Below are positions 14,068 through 24,946 of a stretch of DNA of 64,000 nt, piece after piece. The position numbers were made by a program, and so were the translations under genes. The notes beneath the pieces are model-generated. The model was not told the DNA's origin. It did not search any database and saw nothing but the letters and a program-made list of their open reading frames with translations. Every line of letters starts with the position of its first letter. Positions within the stretch are counted from its first letter, which is position 1. Origin of the DNA: Eledone cirrhosa (lineage: Eukaryota); the NCBI GenBank assembly GCA_964016885.1, contig OZ024740.1:364436001-364500000 (forward strand). Reading direction: 5' to 3'.

Positions 14068-14070
<3 letters not shown>
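13826..14070 (-). mobile_element. PLE pseudo-LTR fragment (family A)
   Basis: Reverse complement of 18337-18530 and 15621-15722, and contains a hammerhead motif. Confidence 0.8.
13916..13983 (-). ncRNA. Type I hammerhead ribozyme motif (family A)
   Basis: Minus strand reads attttttcatt CTGATGA ttgaaagcaaac-ttttttacttttaa GAAA ccactgg TA aatggaataat. Confidence 0.75.
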
Positions 14071-14124
<54 letters not shown>

Positions 14125-14172
14125 ACACACACAATTATATACATACACACATATATATATATATATATATAT

Positions 14173-14997
14173 AAAAATGAAAGGCAGGTTGTATGATGCC
14201 TGCATACGAACAGCAATGTTGCATGGCAGTGAGACCTGGGCATTGTGTGCAGAGGATATACGCAGACTAGAGAGGAAGGAAGCTTGCATGCTCCGCTGCA
14301 TGTGTAACAGTAATATACGTGAACGGCAAAGCATAAACGAACTAAGGAAAAAATTAGAAATAAGAGGGATCAGATGTTGTTTACTCGAGAGAAGGCTACG
14401 TTGGTATGGACACGTGATGCGCATGAAAGTCGATAGCTGTATAACAAAGTGCAGGGCAATAAAGATAGACGGTAGCCACGGAATAGGCAGACCTAGAAAA
14501 ACCTGGGACGAGCTGATAAACTCCGACCTCACACACTTACACCTCTCCAAGACAATGTCACTGGACCGAGACCTTTGGCGGTACTCAGTAACAGAGAAGA
14601 CCCGCCTTACCTAAATACATAGTAAAACCTACTACAGCCAGTAGGCATCTCTAACAAAATACACCCTGTCCCACCACCCCCACCCCATCCACACCACCCC
14701 GTTCTATGTAAAGTTATGTTGGTGCCGCGCCATCCAGGCCGAAACAAATGAGATCGTGTAGGTGTCACGACAAAAAAACACACAGTCCACGCTGTAATGT
14801 GGCCGTGTAGGCAACACGGTAAAAACCTCCCAGACCCACACTGTAAATGTGGTTGGTGTTAGGAAGGGCATCCAACTGTAGAAAACCTGCCAGACAGTCC
14901 TATGCGAGCAAGACAATCACTCTTGCCTCAAGTGGGAATACCCCCGTCCAAACCCATGCAAGCGTGGAACACGGACGTTAAATGATGATGATGATAT
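14173..14997 (+). mobile_element. 5'-truncated RTE LINE (family A): ORF C-terminus + 3'UTR + (GAT)n tail
   Basis: ORF 14177-14614 is nearly identical to the C-terminus of the 21826-23706 ORF. Both ends lie in (TA)n. Confidence 0.95.
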
Positions 14998-15042
14998 ATA
15001 TATATTACAAAGTAAAACCTACTACAGTCAGTAGGCATCTCT

Positions 15043-15722
15043 AACAAAATGATGTGCCCCTTTGGTACTCCCTCGAATGGTCTAAAATAGACCAATCGAT
15101 AGAGTACGGGATGTTATTATCCTTGAATTCCCACACCTTACTTGCGAGGGCCGTTGTTGTTCGTTTATCGGAGTGCTTAAAAGAAGCGACATGTGAGTAA
15201 AACCTGGTTTTAAACCTGTCCTGGGTCATACCGACATATCGCTCACTCCTGAATTGTTCTTTGTGTACCACAGAAAAATATAGGATTTTGTTAAACTTGA
15301 GAGCCACTTCTGCTTGCCTGAACTCAAAGACCGAGATCTTCAGATGTTGTCCTCATCTGAAATCACATCTGATCTGTAACTGGATTGACATTCCTATGAT
15401 AACTCAACCGCCTTGAACTCCTCTGCTCCTTACTTCTACTACGGTTTTTTTACCTGCTGAATCCAGGTTCTGTACTCTTGTATGCTCTTTCTCCCTTATC
15501 TCCCCTTATATTTAACCTTTTCCTATGTCATTTTTCCCCCCTATTTTTTTGCCTTACCCTTCAAATGCCATAATTGTATGTGTATGTATGTGTATATGTA
15601 TGTATATATATATATAGATGGACCAGGATTTTATCATTCTGATGACTGAAGGCAACATTTTTTGCTTTTAAGAAACCACTGGTAAATGGAATAATTGCCT
15701 TATGTTGTTTATTGCATAACTA
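15043..15722 (+). mobile_element. 5'-truncated Penelope-like element with inverted 5' segment (GIY-YIG C-terminal part, 3'UTR, hammerhead)
   Basis: Minus strand 15043-15250 encodes RYVGMTQDRFKTRFYSHVASFK...LASKVWEFKD...IDWSIL...GTSFC. Plus strand 15255-15416 continues CSLCTTEKYRILLN...LNSKTEIFRCCPH...*, followed by a hammerhead at 15628. Confidence 0.85.
15628..15695 (+). ncRNA. Type I hammerhead ribozyme motif (family A)
   Basis: attttatcatt CTGATGA ctgaaggcaaca-ttttttgcttttaa GAAA ccactgg TA aatggaataat. Confidence 0.75.
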
Positions 15723-15864
15723 TATATATATATATGTATATTTTAGTGTTAAATAAGGTTCATATGAATTATCTAAGATTGAGTTTTACACACATATATA
15801 TGTGTGTGTGTTTGTATTTGGTTGTGCGTGTTTGTATGTGTATAATTGTATGGCTATGTATGTA

Positions 15865-15911
<47 letters not shown>

Positions 15912-15932
15912 ATGTGTGTATATATATATATA

Positions 15933-17758
15933 TCATCATCATCATCATCAACGTTTAACGTCCGTGTTCCACACTTGCATGGGTTTGGACGGGGGTAGTC
16001 CCACTTGAGGCAAGAGTGATTGTCTTGCTCGCATAGGACTGTCTGGCAGGTTTTCCAACCACATTTACAGTGTGGGTCTGGGAGGTTTTTACCGTGTTGC
16101 CTACACGGCCACATTACAGCGTGGACTGTGTGTTTTTTTGTCGTGACACCTACACAATCTCATTTGTTTCGGCCTGGATGGCGCGGCACCAACATAACTT
16201 TACATAGAACGGGGTGGTGTGGATGGGGTGGGGTGGTGGGACATCCAGCGGAGCATGCAAGCTTCGTTCCTCTCTAGTCTGCGTATATCCTCTGCACACA
16301 ATGCCCAGGTCTCACTGCCATGCAGCATTGCAGTTCGTATGCAGGCATCGTACAACCTGCCTTTCATTTTTAGGGAGAACCCTTTAGCAGCTAATAGTGG
16401 TATAAGCTCTCTGAACTTTTTCCAACCAGTTCTGACTCTAGCTACAGTACTTTCAGAGCACCCTCCCCCACTGCTGATTTTATCGCCCAGGTAACGGAAG
16501 CTGTCCACTATTTCTATAGAACCCTCTGCGCAATTGAAAGAGCTAGTATTTAGTGGGCACTTGCTGCTACTTATTGCACCAGAACACCGGCCACATGTAA
16601 AATCTATGTTCTTAGTTAGCTTACCTGTGATCCCACTACATCTTTTATGCACCCATACTTTGCATTTAGGACATAAAATGGAGTTTCTACCTACGCCTTT
16701 CCTACACACCGAGCACGACCATTTCCCAGAAGGGACCGCCGCCTTGTTTTCTTTCCTACAAACTAGAACTTTGGTCTTAGCCAGGTTAATTTTAAGTCCT
16801 TTTGACTCTAGGCCGTGCTTCCATGTTTGGAATTTCTTCTCTAGCTCGGCCATTGATTCCGCTATAAGTGTCAGGTCGTCTGCGTATAGGTGTTCCCATG
16901 GGCAGCCTGTCTTGAACTCCTCTGTTATAGCCTGAAGGGCAATAATAAATAGTAGTGGGCTGAGAACAGAGCCCTGATGGACGCCAACTTTTACGCTAAA
17001 CTCTTCACTATATTCGTTGTTAATTCTAACCTTGCTGACTGTTTCTTTATACATGGCTTGTATAGCCCTCACAAGCCATTCGTCAACGCCTAGTTTTCTA
17101 AGAGCCCACCAGATAATGCAGTGGGGGACTCTGTCGAAGGCTTTCTCCAAGTCGACAAAAGCTAAGTAGAGGGGTTTACCTTTAACTAGGTACTTCTCCT
17201 GTAGTTGTCGTACTATGAAAAGAGCGTCTGTGGTACTTTTGCCTGACACAAACCCGAACTGCATCTCATCTAGATCGATTCTCTCTCTGATTAGTTGCGC
17301 TATTACTTTTTCCGTGACCTTCATGACCTGGTCGATTAATTTAATGCCTCTATAGTTACTCCTATCTAGGGCGTCTCCTTTACCCTTATAACAGTTAACG
17401 ATGATGCTGCTATGCCAGTCCTTCTGAACAACCCCATTCTGTACGACTTGGTTAACTATGCGGGTGACCATGGTGTGTCCCACCGTGCCAGATGCCTTCA
17501 GCATCTCAGCAACTATTTCCGAAGGCCCAGCCGCCTTACCCGTCTTCGTATCCTTGATTGCCTTACTTATTATACTCCCCTCGACTAACACTGCTGGTCC
17601 CTCTATTGGGTCGATATGGGGGAGACTGTCTTTCTCCCATTTATTCTCCTCATTTAGTAGCCTTTCGTAGTGACACTTCCAAGCTACCTTCTTATCAGCG
17701 TCGGTGATGGCAAGTGTGCCATCGTCGTTTAGTACACACTTCTCCCCGACAATATCAC
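15933..17758 (-). mobile_element. 5'-truncated RTE LINE (family A) with RT + PHD finger and internal deletions
   Basis: Open RT frame with YADD and the C4HC3 motif at 16584-16715. A ~340-bp deletion at ~16240 joins the ORF to the 3'UTR, and there is a ~25-bp deletion at ~16056. The N-terminus in the ORF track is microsatellite read-through. Confidence 0.95.
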
Positions 17759-18159
17759 ATATATGTATATGTGTGTGTATATATGTATATGTTTGTGTAT
17801 GTATTTGTGTATGCGTATGTATGTGTTTATGTATATTTATGTGTGAGAGTGTGTGTATGTATTTATTTTTACGTATGTATGTGTACGTGCATTTGTGTGT
17901 ATTGCTTACCACGTGTGTTTGTTCATTTATCTGTTGCCTGTATCGCTGTCAACTTTATAACAGTCTTTATTTTCTTTTATTATTTTTTATATATATTTTT
18001 TCTTATATTTATTTGCGTGTGTGAATATGTAGAGGTATGTGTATATTTTTCTAATTTTGTGCATGCATATGTATGCATTTATGTATGTGTATGTATGTAC
18101 GTATGTGTGTATGTATGTATGTATATGTATGTGTGTATGGCTATGTATGTGTATGTGTA

Positions 18160-18208
<49 letters not shown>

Positions 18209-18336
18209 TTCTATATATATGTGTGTATATATGTGTGTGTGGTTGTATATATGTATGTGTATGTATGGATATGTTGATACTTATGTGTGTATGTATGTAT
18301 GTGTATGTGTGTATATATATATGTGTGTGTATGTGT

Positions 18337-18530
18337 GTTTTTATTTTATTTTTCCTTTCCTTCCTTCTCCAGCCTCACTTTCATATAGATTGCATTTTTG
18401 TTTTTAGAATCCAATATCAATAAATAGACCAGGATTTTTTCATTCTGATGATTGAAAGCAAAATTTTTTGCTTTTAAGAAACCACTGGTAAATGGAATAA
18501 TTGCCTTATGTTGTTTATTACATAACTATA
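18337..18530 (+). mobile_element. PLE pseudo-LTR fragment (family A)
   Basis: Inverted copy of 13888-14075. Confidence 0.8.
18434..18501 (+). ncRNA. Type I hammerhead ribozyme motif (family A)
   Basis: Stem I 18434-44/18491-501, CTGATGA 18445-51, 12-bp stem II ttgaaagcaaaa/ttttgcttttaa, GAAA 18478-81, short stem III cca-c-tgg and a GUA cleavage triplet. Confidence 0.8.
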
Positions 18531-18535
18531 TATAT

Positions 18536-18568
<33 letters not shown>

Positions 18569-18619
18569 TTCAACACAGAGAAAGGAGTTTAGCAACAAAT
18601 CAGTGATATATATATTATA

Positions 18620-18908
18620 TCATCATCATCATCATCATCACCGTTTTACGTCCGTTCTTCCACGCTAGCATGGGTTAGACGGGTTGTCCTGTTGTGGGCA
18701 GAGTCTGGTCGGCTGACCATGCCTTGCTCATACAGGAACTGATCTGGCTTGATTTCTACAGCTGGATGCCCTTCCTAACACCAACCTCATTTACAGTGAG
18801 TGCTGGGTGCTTTTTCGTGGCGCCTACACGTCCACTTTACAGTGTGGGCTGGGTGCTTTTTTGCCGTGGCACCTCCACGACCACCTTGCGGTGGGGGGAG
18901 TGGAGGCA
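18620..18908 (-). mobile_element. SINE / RTE 3'UTR-related element
   Basis: (CAT)n tail, 'ccacgctagcatgg' hairpin and 'gatttctacagctggatgcccttcctaacacc'. Confidence 0.8.
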
Positions 18909-18912
18909 TATT

Positions 18913-18981
<69 letters not shown>

Positions 18982-19402
18982 TTCAACACAGAGAAAGGAG
19001 TTAGGAGTTTGTCAACAGGTCAGACACCTTAGTGTAGATAGGGTAATGACTTATGTGGTGGTGGAGGTGAGCGAGTGTCGACGTTATTGTGGTGGTTGTG
19101 GTGGTGGTGGTGGTGGTGGTGGGGGCGGGGGGCTGTGTCATGTATCAAGTTCATAGTTCACTTGTCCCTTTTCCTCTCTTTTCAAAATTTGAATTTATGG
19201 CCATTTTGCAATGGGGGGCAAGAAAGTGTAAAATTTAAATAGAGATTGCTCTGAAAAAATATATGGAATATTTCTGTAGCTTCCACAGCTTTTGTCAGAA
19301 CATTTTGGTGTCCAATGAGCAAACATTTTGTTGTATTTTGATCTTTCAGAATACGAAAATTAATAAAAACTTACCCCCACGAAAAACAGTGTGTTGTATA
19401 TA

Positions 19403-19719
19403 TCATCATTCATCATTTCATTTTACGTCCGCTTTTTCCCTGCTTGCAAAGAAGGGACGGGAACTGATTCTGGCTTGATTTCTACAGCTGGATGCTCTTC
19501 CTAACACCAACATCATTTACAGTGAGTGCTGCGTGCTTTTTTGCAGTGGAATGATATGGACCCCAGTCCCTATCATCTCATTTCTACAACTGAGTAATCT
19601 GGAGCAATATGAAATAAAGTGTCTTGCTCAAGGAAACAACACATCACCCAGTTTGAGAATTGAACTCACAACATTTCGATTGCAAGGCCAATGCTCGAAC
19701 CACTAAGCCATGTGCCTCC
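19403..19719 (-). mobile_element. tRNA-derived SINE with CORE-like body and RTE family-B-type tail
   Basis: Minus strand head 'ggaggcacatggcttagtggttcgagc...gagttcaattc' and body 'tgttgtttccttgagcaagacacttt'. The tail 'ttttacgtccgctttttccctgcttgcaa' matches 10375-10400. Confidence 0.7.
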
Positions 19720-19879
19720 ATATATATATATATATATATATATTGTTATACTTTGGGAGCGTCATGTTGCCAATAAGAAACACACGTACCAGATACTTTC
19801 ACTCCAATCTATTATAAATTAAATTTGTAAATTTCCGGTTGGCTGGTTGGTTCCACAACCGGACGGCTGTTCATATATT

Positions 19880-19922
19880 GTCAAAGTTCTTTCGTCACAT
19901 ATTCTGTGACCTCTTCAGTGAC
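19880..19922 (-). ncRNA. Minimal hammerhead motif (family B)
   Basis: gtca CTGAAGA g-gtcac agaatat gtgac GAAA gaac TT tgac. Stem III is nearly absent. Confidence 0.6.
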
Positions 19923-20026
19923 TGGGGATTCTTTTCTTTGTTTTGTGCTTCCCCGTTGTTATGTCCTACGCCATCTTGTTAAGGACAGAACAAAGGAGAG
20001 GCACAAAACAAAGAAAAGAATCCCAA

Positions 20027-20069
20027 GTCAGTGAAGAGGTGACAGAATGTGTGACGAAAGAACTTTGAC
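20027..20069 (+). ncRNA. Mutated minimal hammerhead motif (family B)
   Basis: gtca GTGAAGA ggtgacagaatgtgtgac GAAA gaac TT tgac. The core C is changed to G and stem II has a mismatch, so it is probably inactive. Confidence 0.45.
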
Positions 20070-20278
20070 AATATATGAACAACCGTCCGGTTGTGGAACC
20101 AACCAACCAAGCGGAAATTTACAAACTTCTTAAATTTATAAATTTAATTTATAATAAATTCGAGTGAAAGCAACTGGTGCGTGTGTTTCTTATTGGCAAC
20201 ATGACCCTCCCAAAGTATAACAATATTGGTTTCAACACACGTTTTCAGATAAAGAATCTTGCTAAACAAATTCAGAAA

Positions 20279-20391
<113 letters not shown>

Positions 20392-20532
20392 TTATATATA
20401 TATATATATATATATATATCTTTATATATATATATATATCTTTATATATATATATATATCTTTATATATATATATATCTTTATATATATATATATATCTT
20501 TATATATATATATATCTTTATATATATATATA

Positions 20533-20857
20533 TCTTTATATATATATATATAAGCGAGGATGTGTGTGTGTCTGTGTACAACTTTGCATACTTAAGGCTT
20601 TTACAATTACCAACTGAATTTGACCAAATTTTCTGTGCACCCTGCACGGGTCGCTAAGATTGTCACATCCCAAACATTTTTCAAATCGACCCACGTTGAG
20701 GAATAAAAAATCGATATCAAAATTATCGATAGCAACTTTATTGACAGAAATATAAACATCAGATTTATTTGAAGATAAATCACTAATATTATCGTTTGTT
20801 TCTTCTTTATTCTTTGTTGCATTTCACACCCCGGGAGACGCCGGGTAAATCTGCTAG
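20533..20857 (+). mobile_element. Short non-autonomous Helitron
   Basis: A|TCTTTATATATA...AAGCGAGGATGTGTGTG start and 'cccgggagacgccggg taaatctg CTAG|T' end (GC hairpin ~10 nt before CTAG), with no TSD. Confidence 0.8.
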
Positions 20858-20880
20858 TATATATATAAATTTTGAGTATA

Positions 20881-21042
20881 TGTTGGTTTTTTACCGACAC
20901 CTCAGTATGCAGATTGGAGCACTCAACGAAGTACGCAGGTTGGTTTGTTTACTCCGGAGTAATGTAAAATAAGTAAGTCAAATATGTAAAATAATTTATA
21001 ATAAACGAAGCCAAATTTTACATATTTGACTTACTTATTTTA
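20881..21042. mobile_element. Probable PLE tail remnant with 27-bp inverted repeat
   Basis: 'taaaataagtaagtcaaatatgtaaaa' and 'ttttacatatttgacttacttatttta' are inverted, and 20881-20963 is homologous to 10250-10332. Confidence 0.55.
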
Positions 21043-21168
21043 TATATGTATATATATATATATGTATATATGTATTTATATATATGTATATATATATATA
21101 TGTATATATGTATATATATATATGTATATATGTATATATATATATATGTATATATATATATGTATATA

Positions 21169-21221
<53 letters not shown>

Positions 21222-21222
21222 G

Positions 21223-21271
<49 letters not shown>

Positions 21272-21358
21272 GTATATATATATGTATATATATATGTATA
21301 TATATATATGTATATATATATATATGTATATATGTATATATGTATATATGTATATATG

Positions 21359-21389
<31 letters not shown>

Positions 21390-21421
21390 GTATATATATA
21401 TATGTATATATATATACATAC

Positions 21422-21454
<33 letters not shown>

Positions 21455-21470
21455 TATGTATATGTATATA
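21043..21470. repeat. (TA)n/(TATG) compound microsatellite
   Basis: Directly visible. Confidence 0.95.
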
Positions 21471-23706
21471 TCATCATCATCATCATCATCAACGTTTAAC
21501 GTCCGTGTTCCACGCTTGCATGGGTTTGGACGGGGGTAGTCCCACTTGAGGCAAGAGTGATTGTCTTGCTCGCATAGGACTGTCTGGCAGGTTTTCTACA
21601 GTTGGATGCCCTTCCTAACACCAACCACATTTACACTGTGGGTCTGGGAGGTTTTTACCGTGTTGCCTACACGGCCACATTACAGCGTGGACTGTGTGTT
21701 TTTTTGTCGTGACACCTACACAATCTCATTTGTTTCGGCCTGGATGGCGCGGCACCAACATAACTTTACATAGAACGGGGTGGTGTGGATGGGGTGGGGG
21801 TGGTGGCGGGACGGGGTGTATTTTGTTAGAGATGCCTACTGGCAAGGCGGGTCTTCTCTGTTACTGAGTACCGCCAAAGGTCACGGTCCAGTGACATTGT
21901 CTTGGAGAGGAGTAAGTGTGTGAGGTCGGAGTTTATCAGCTCATCCCATGTTTTTCTAGGTCTGCCTATTCCGTGGCTACCGTCTATCTTTATTGCCCTG
22001 CACTTTGTAATACAGCTATCGACTTTCATGCGCATCACGTGTCCATACCAACGCAGCCTTCTCTCGAGTAAACAGCATCTGATACCTCTTATCTCTAATT
22101 TTTTCCTTAGTTCGTTTATGCTTTGCCGTTCACGTATATTACTGTTACACATCCAGCGGAGCATGCAAGCTTCGTTCCTCTCTAGTCTGCGTATATCCTC
22201 TGCACACAATGCCCAGGTCTCACTACCATGCAACATTGCTGTTCGTATGCAGGCATCGTACAACCTGCCTTTCATTTTTAGGGAGAACCCTTTAGCAGCT
22301 AATAGTGGTATAAGCTCTCTGAACTTTTTCCAACCAGTTCTGACTCTAGCTACAGTACTTTCAGAGCACCCTCCCCCACTGCTGATTTTATCGCCCAGGT
22401 AACGGAAGCTGTCCACTATTTCTATAGAACCCTCTGCGCAATTGAAAGAGCTAGTATTTTGTGGGCACTTGCTGCTGCTTATTGCACCAGAACACCGGCC
22501 ACATGTAAAGTCTATGTTCTTAGTTAGTTTACCTGTGATCCCACTACATCTTTTATGCACCCATACTTTGCATTTAGGACATAAGATGGAGTTTCTACCT
22601 ACGCCTTTCCTACATACCGAGCACGACCATTTCCCAGAAGGGACCGCCGCCTTGTTTTCTTTCCTACAAACTAGAACTTTGGTCTTAGCCAGGTTAATTT
22701 TAAGTCCTTTTGACTCTAGGCCGTGCTTCCATGTTTGGAATTTCTTCTCTAGCTCGGCCATTGATTCCGCTATGAGTGTCAGGTCGTCTGCGTATAGGAG
22801 TTCCCATGGGCAGCCTGTCTTGAACTCCTCTGTTATAGCCTGAAGGGCAATAATAAATAGTAGGGGGCTGAGAACAGAGCCCTGATGGACGCCAACTTTT
22901 ACGCTAAACTCTTCACTATATTCGTTGTTAATTCTAACCTTGCTGACTGTTTCTTTATACATGGCTTGTATAGCCCTCACAAGCCATTCGTCAACGCCTA
23001 GTTTTCTAAGAGCCCACCAGATAATGGAGCGGGGGACTCTGTCGAAGGCTTTCTCCAGGTCGACAAAAGCTAAGTAGAGGGGTTTACCTTTAGCTAGGTA
23101 CTTCTCCTGTAGTTGTCGTACTATGAAAAGAGCGTCTGTGGTGCTTTTGCCTGACACAAACCCGAACTGCATTTCATCTAGATCAATTCTCTCTCTGATT
23201 AGTTGCGCTATTACTTTTTCCGTGACCTTCATGACCTGGTCGATTAATTTAATGCCTCTATAGTTACTCCTATCTAGGGCGTCTCCTTTACCCTTATAAC
23301 AGTTAACGATGATGCTGCTATGCCAGTCCTTCGGAACAACCCCATTCTGTACGACTTGGTTAACTATGCGGGTAACCATGGTGTGTCCCACCGTGCCAGA
23401 TGCCTTCAGCATCTCAGCAACTATTTCCGAAGGCCCAGCCGCCTTACCAGTCTTCATATCCTTGATTGCCTTACTTATTATACTCCCCTCGACTAACACT
23501 GCTGGTCCCTCTATCGGGTCGATATGGGGGAGACTGTCTTTCTCCCATTTATTCTCCTCATTTAGTAGCCTTTCATAGTGACACTTCCAAGCTACCTTCT
23601 TATCAGTGTCGGTGATGGCAAGTATGCCATCATCGTTAAGTACACACTTCTCCCCGACAATATCACGGTTTTCCTTGACGCATTGCCTGGCAATCCTGAA
23701 CACCTC
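21471..23706 (-). mobile_element. Young 5'-truncated RTE LINE (family A)
   Basis: (GAT)n tail at 21471-21490, ~360-bp 3'UTR and an uninterrupted ORF from 23706. Both ends are embedded in (TA)n. Confidence 0.97.
21826..23706 (-). CDS. RTE reverse transcriptase (N-terminally truncated) with in-frame PHD finger
   Basis: [45 protein letters not shown]4HC3 finger (22492-22623), [13 protein letters not shown]. The native stop is removed by a ~28-bp deletion at ~21843. The ORF-track start at 24042 is microsatellite read-through. Confidence 0.9.
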   Translation of the reverse strand, partial: EVFRIARQCVKENRDIVGEKCVLNDDGILAITDTDKKVAWKCHYERLLNEENKWEKDSLPHIDPIEGPAVLVEGSIISKAIKDMKTGKAAGPSEIVAEMLKASGTVGHTMVTRIVNQVVQNGVVPKDWHSSIIVNCYKGKGDALDRSNYRGIKLIDQVMKVTEKVIAQLIRERIDLDEMQFGFVSGKSTTDALFIVRQLQEKYLAKGKPLYLAFVDLEKAFDRVPRSIIWWALRKLGVDEWLVRAIQAMYKETVSKVRINNEYSEEFSVKVGVHQGSVLSPLLFIIALQAITEEFKTGCPWELLYADDLTLIAESMAELEKKFQTWKHGLESKGLKINLAKTKVLVCRKENKAAVPSGKWSCSVCRKGVGRNSILCPKCKVWVHKRCSGITGKLTKNIDFTCGRCSGAISSSKCPQNTSSFNCAEGSIEIVDSFRYLGDKISSGGGCSESTVARVRTGWKKFRELIPLLAAKGFSLKMKGRLYDACIRTAMLHGSETWALCAEDIRRLERNEACMLRWMCNSNIRERQSINELRKKLEIRGIRCCLLERRLRWYGHVMRMKVDSCITKCRAIKIDGSHGIGRPRKTWDELINSDLTHLLLSKTMSLDRDLWRYSVTEKTRLASRHL

Positions 23707-23993
23707 ATATATATATATGTATATATATGTATATATATATGTATATATATGTATATATATGTATCTGTATATATGTATATGTATATATATATATGTATAT
23801 ATATATGTATATATATATGTATATATATATGTATATATATATGTATATATATATGTGTATATGTATATATGTATATGTATATATGTATATGTATATATGT
23901 ATATGTATATGTATATATGTATATGTATATATGTATATGTATATATGCATATGTATATATGTATGTATATATATATGTATATATATATATGTA

Positions 23994-24477
23994 TATTGTT
24001 ATACTTTGGGAGGGTCATGTTGCCAATAAGAAACACACGCACCAGTTGCTTTCACTTCAATTTATTATTATAATAAATTTATAATAAATTTATAAATTTA
24101 TAAATTTCTGGTTGGTTGGTTGGTTCCACAACCAGATAGTTGTTTATATATTGTCATAGTTCTTTCGTCGCACACTCTGTGACCTCTTCAGTGACTGAGG
24201 ATTCCTTTCTTTGTTTCTGTGCCTTTCCTTTGTTCTGTCCTACGCCATTTTGTTTCTGTGTGTGTGTTGTGTGCTCAGACTGCGCATGCGCCACATCCGG
24301 GTGTCTGTGTGTGTTTATGTTCATTTATTTATTTGTTTATTTACATGTTACTGGTTGGTTGTTTGTTCTATGTGTGTGTGTGTGTTTTCATTTTGTCCTT
24401 AATTGTAAGATGTGATGTTGCTGTTCCACTCATATTTTCTATTTAATTTTGGTTGCTAAACAAATTCAGAAACGAAA
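23994..24477 (-). mobile_element. PLE-type element (family B), second copy
   Basis: 23994-24255 is colinear with 19742-19980, and the terminal 21-mer is the same as 20261-20281. Confidence 0.75.
24153..24195 (-). ncRNA. Minimal hammerhead motif (family B)
   Basis: gtca CTGAAGA ggtcacagagtgtgcgac GAAA gaac TA tgac. Confidence 0.6.
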
Positions 24478-24705
24478 TATATATGTATATATATATGTAT
24501 ATATATATATTTATTCAGGTTTGAGGTTCACCACTGTATAGAGCTGGTCTATTCCGTATGGTCAATCGTAATGCAATAATATAGAGAGTACTCAACGTAA
24601 GGCAGTTCAACCGTCTTTGTTTTTGTAGTTGGTGGTGCTATTACGGAGTTAAATATAATAAAATGACAGGAGGCTGGATTTGTGTAAATCCTTGAAAGGT
24701 TTATT

Positions 24706-24763
24706 ATACTATGATCCTTTCAATGACCGGGTTCCGTATGAATCCGGTGATATCATCAGGTAT
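24706..24763 (-). ncRNA. Minimal type I hammerhead (family C)
   Basis: atac CTGATGA tatcaccggattcatacggaacccggtcatt GAAA ggatca TA gtat. Confidence 0.7.
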
Positions 24764-24888
24764 TCGAAATATAATACGTGAATGTACGCGACCGGCTGAG
24801 GTTGAAGGAACAGAATAGCGGTCGCCCTCGGGTCCTCGATTTTCAGCCCCATGGATTTTATCTATTACATTCACGTATTATATTTCGA

Positions 24889-24946
24889 ATACCTGATGAT
24901 ATCACCGGATTCATACGGAACCCGGTCATTGAAATGATCATAGTAT
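24889..24946 (+). ncRNA. Minimal type I hammerhead (family C) with palindromic loop 3
   Basis: atac CTGATGA ..accgg-attcatacggaac-ccggt.. GAAA TGATCA TA gtat, followed immediately by AATAAA. Confidence 0.8.

Noticed and set aside
19640-19719. tRNA genes (also at 5600, 52820 and 57350)
   Set aside because: A/B-box-like motifs run into SINE bodies and no cloverleaf can be formed, so these are SINE heads.
21902-23578. Plus-strand ORFs antisense to the RTE RT (also at 10.3-11.5, 16.2-17.7 and 47.9-49.5 kb)
   Set aside because: These are antisense shadows of the RT frame, shared only because the copies are near-identical.
23707-24042. Apparent 738-aa fusion ORF giving the truncated RT a new start codon
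   Set aside because: The start is a GTG in a PLE fragment read through an unstable microsatellite, so frame continuity is probably chance. The same applies to 17759-17912.
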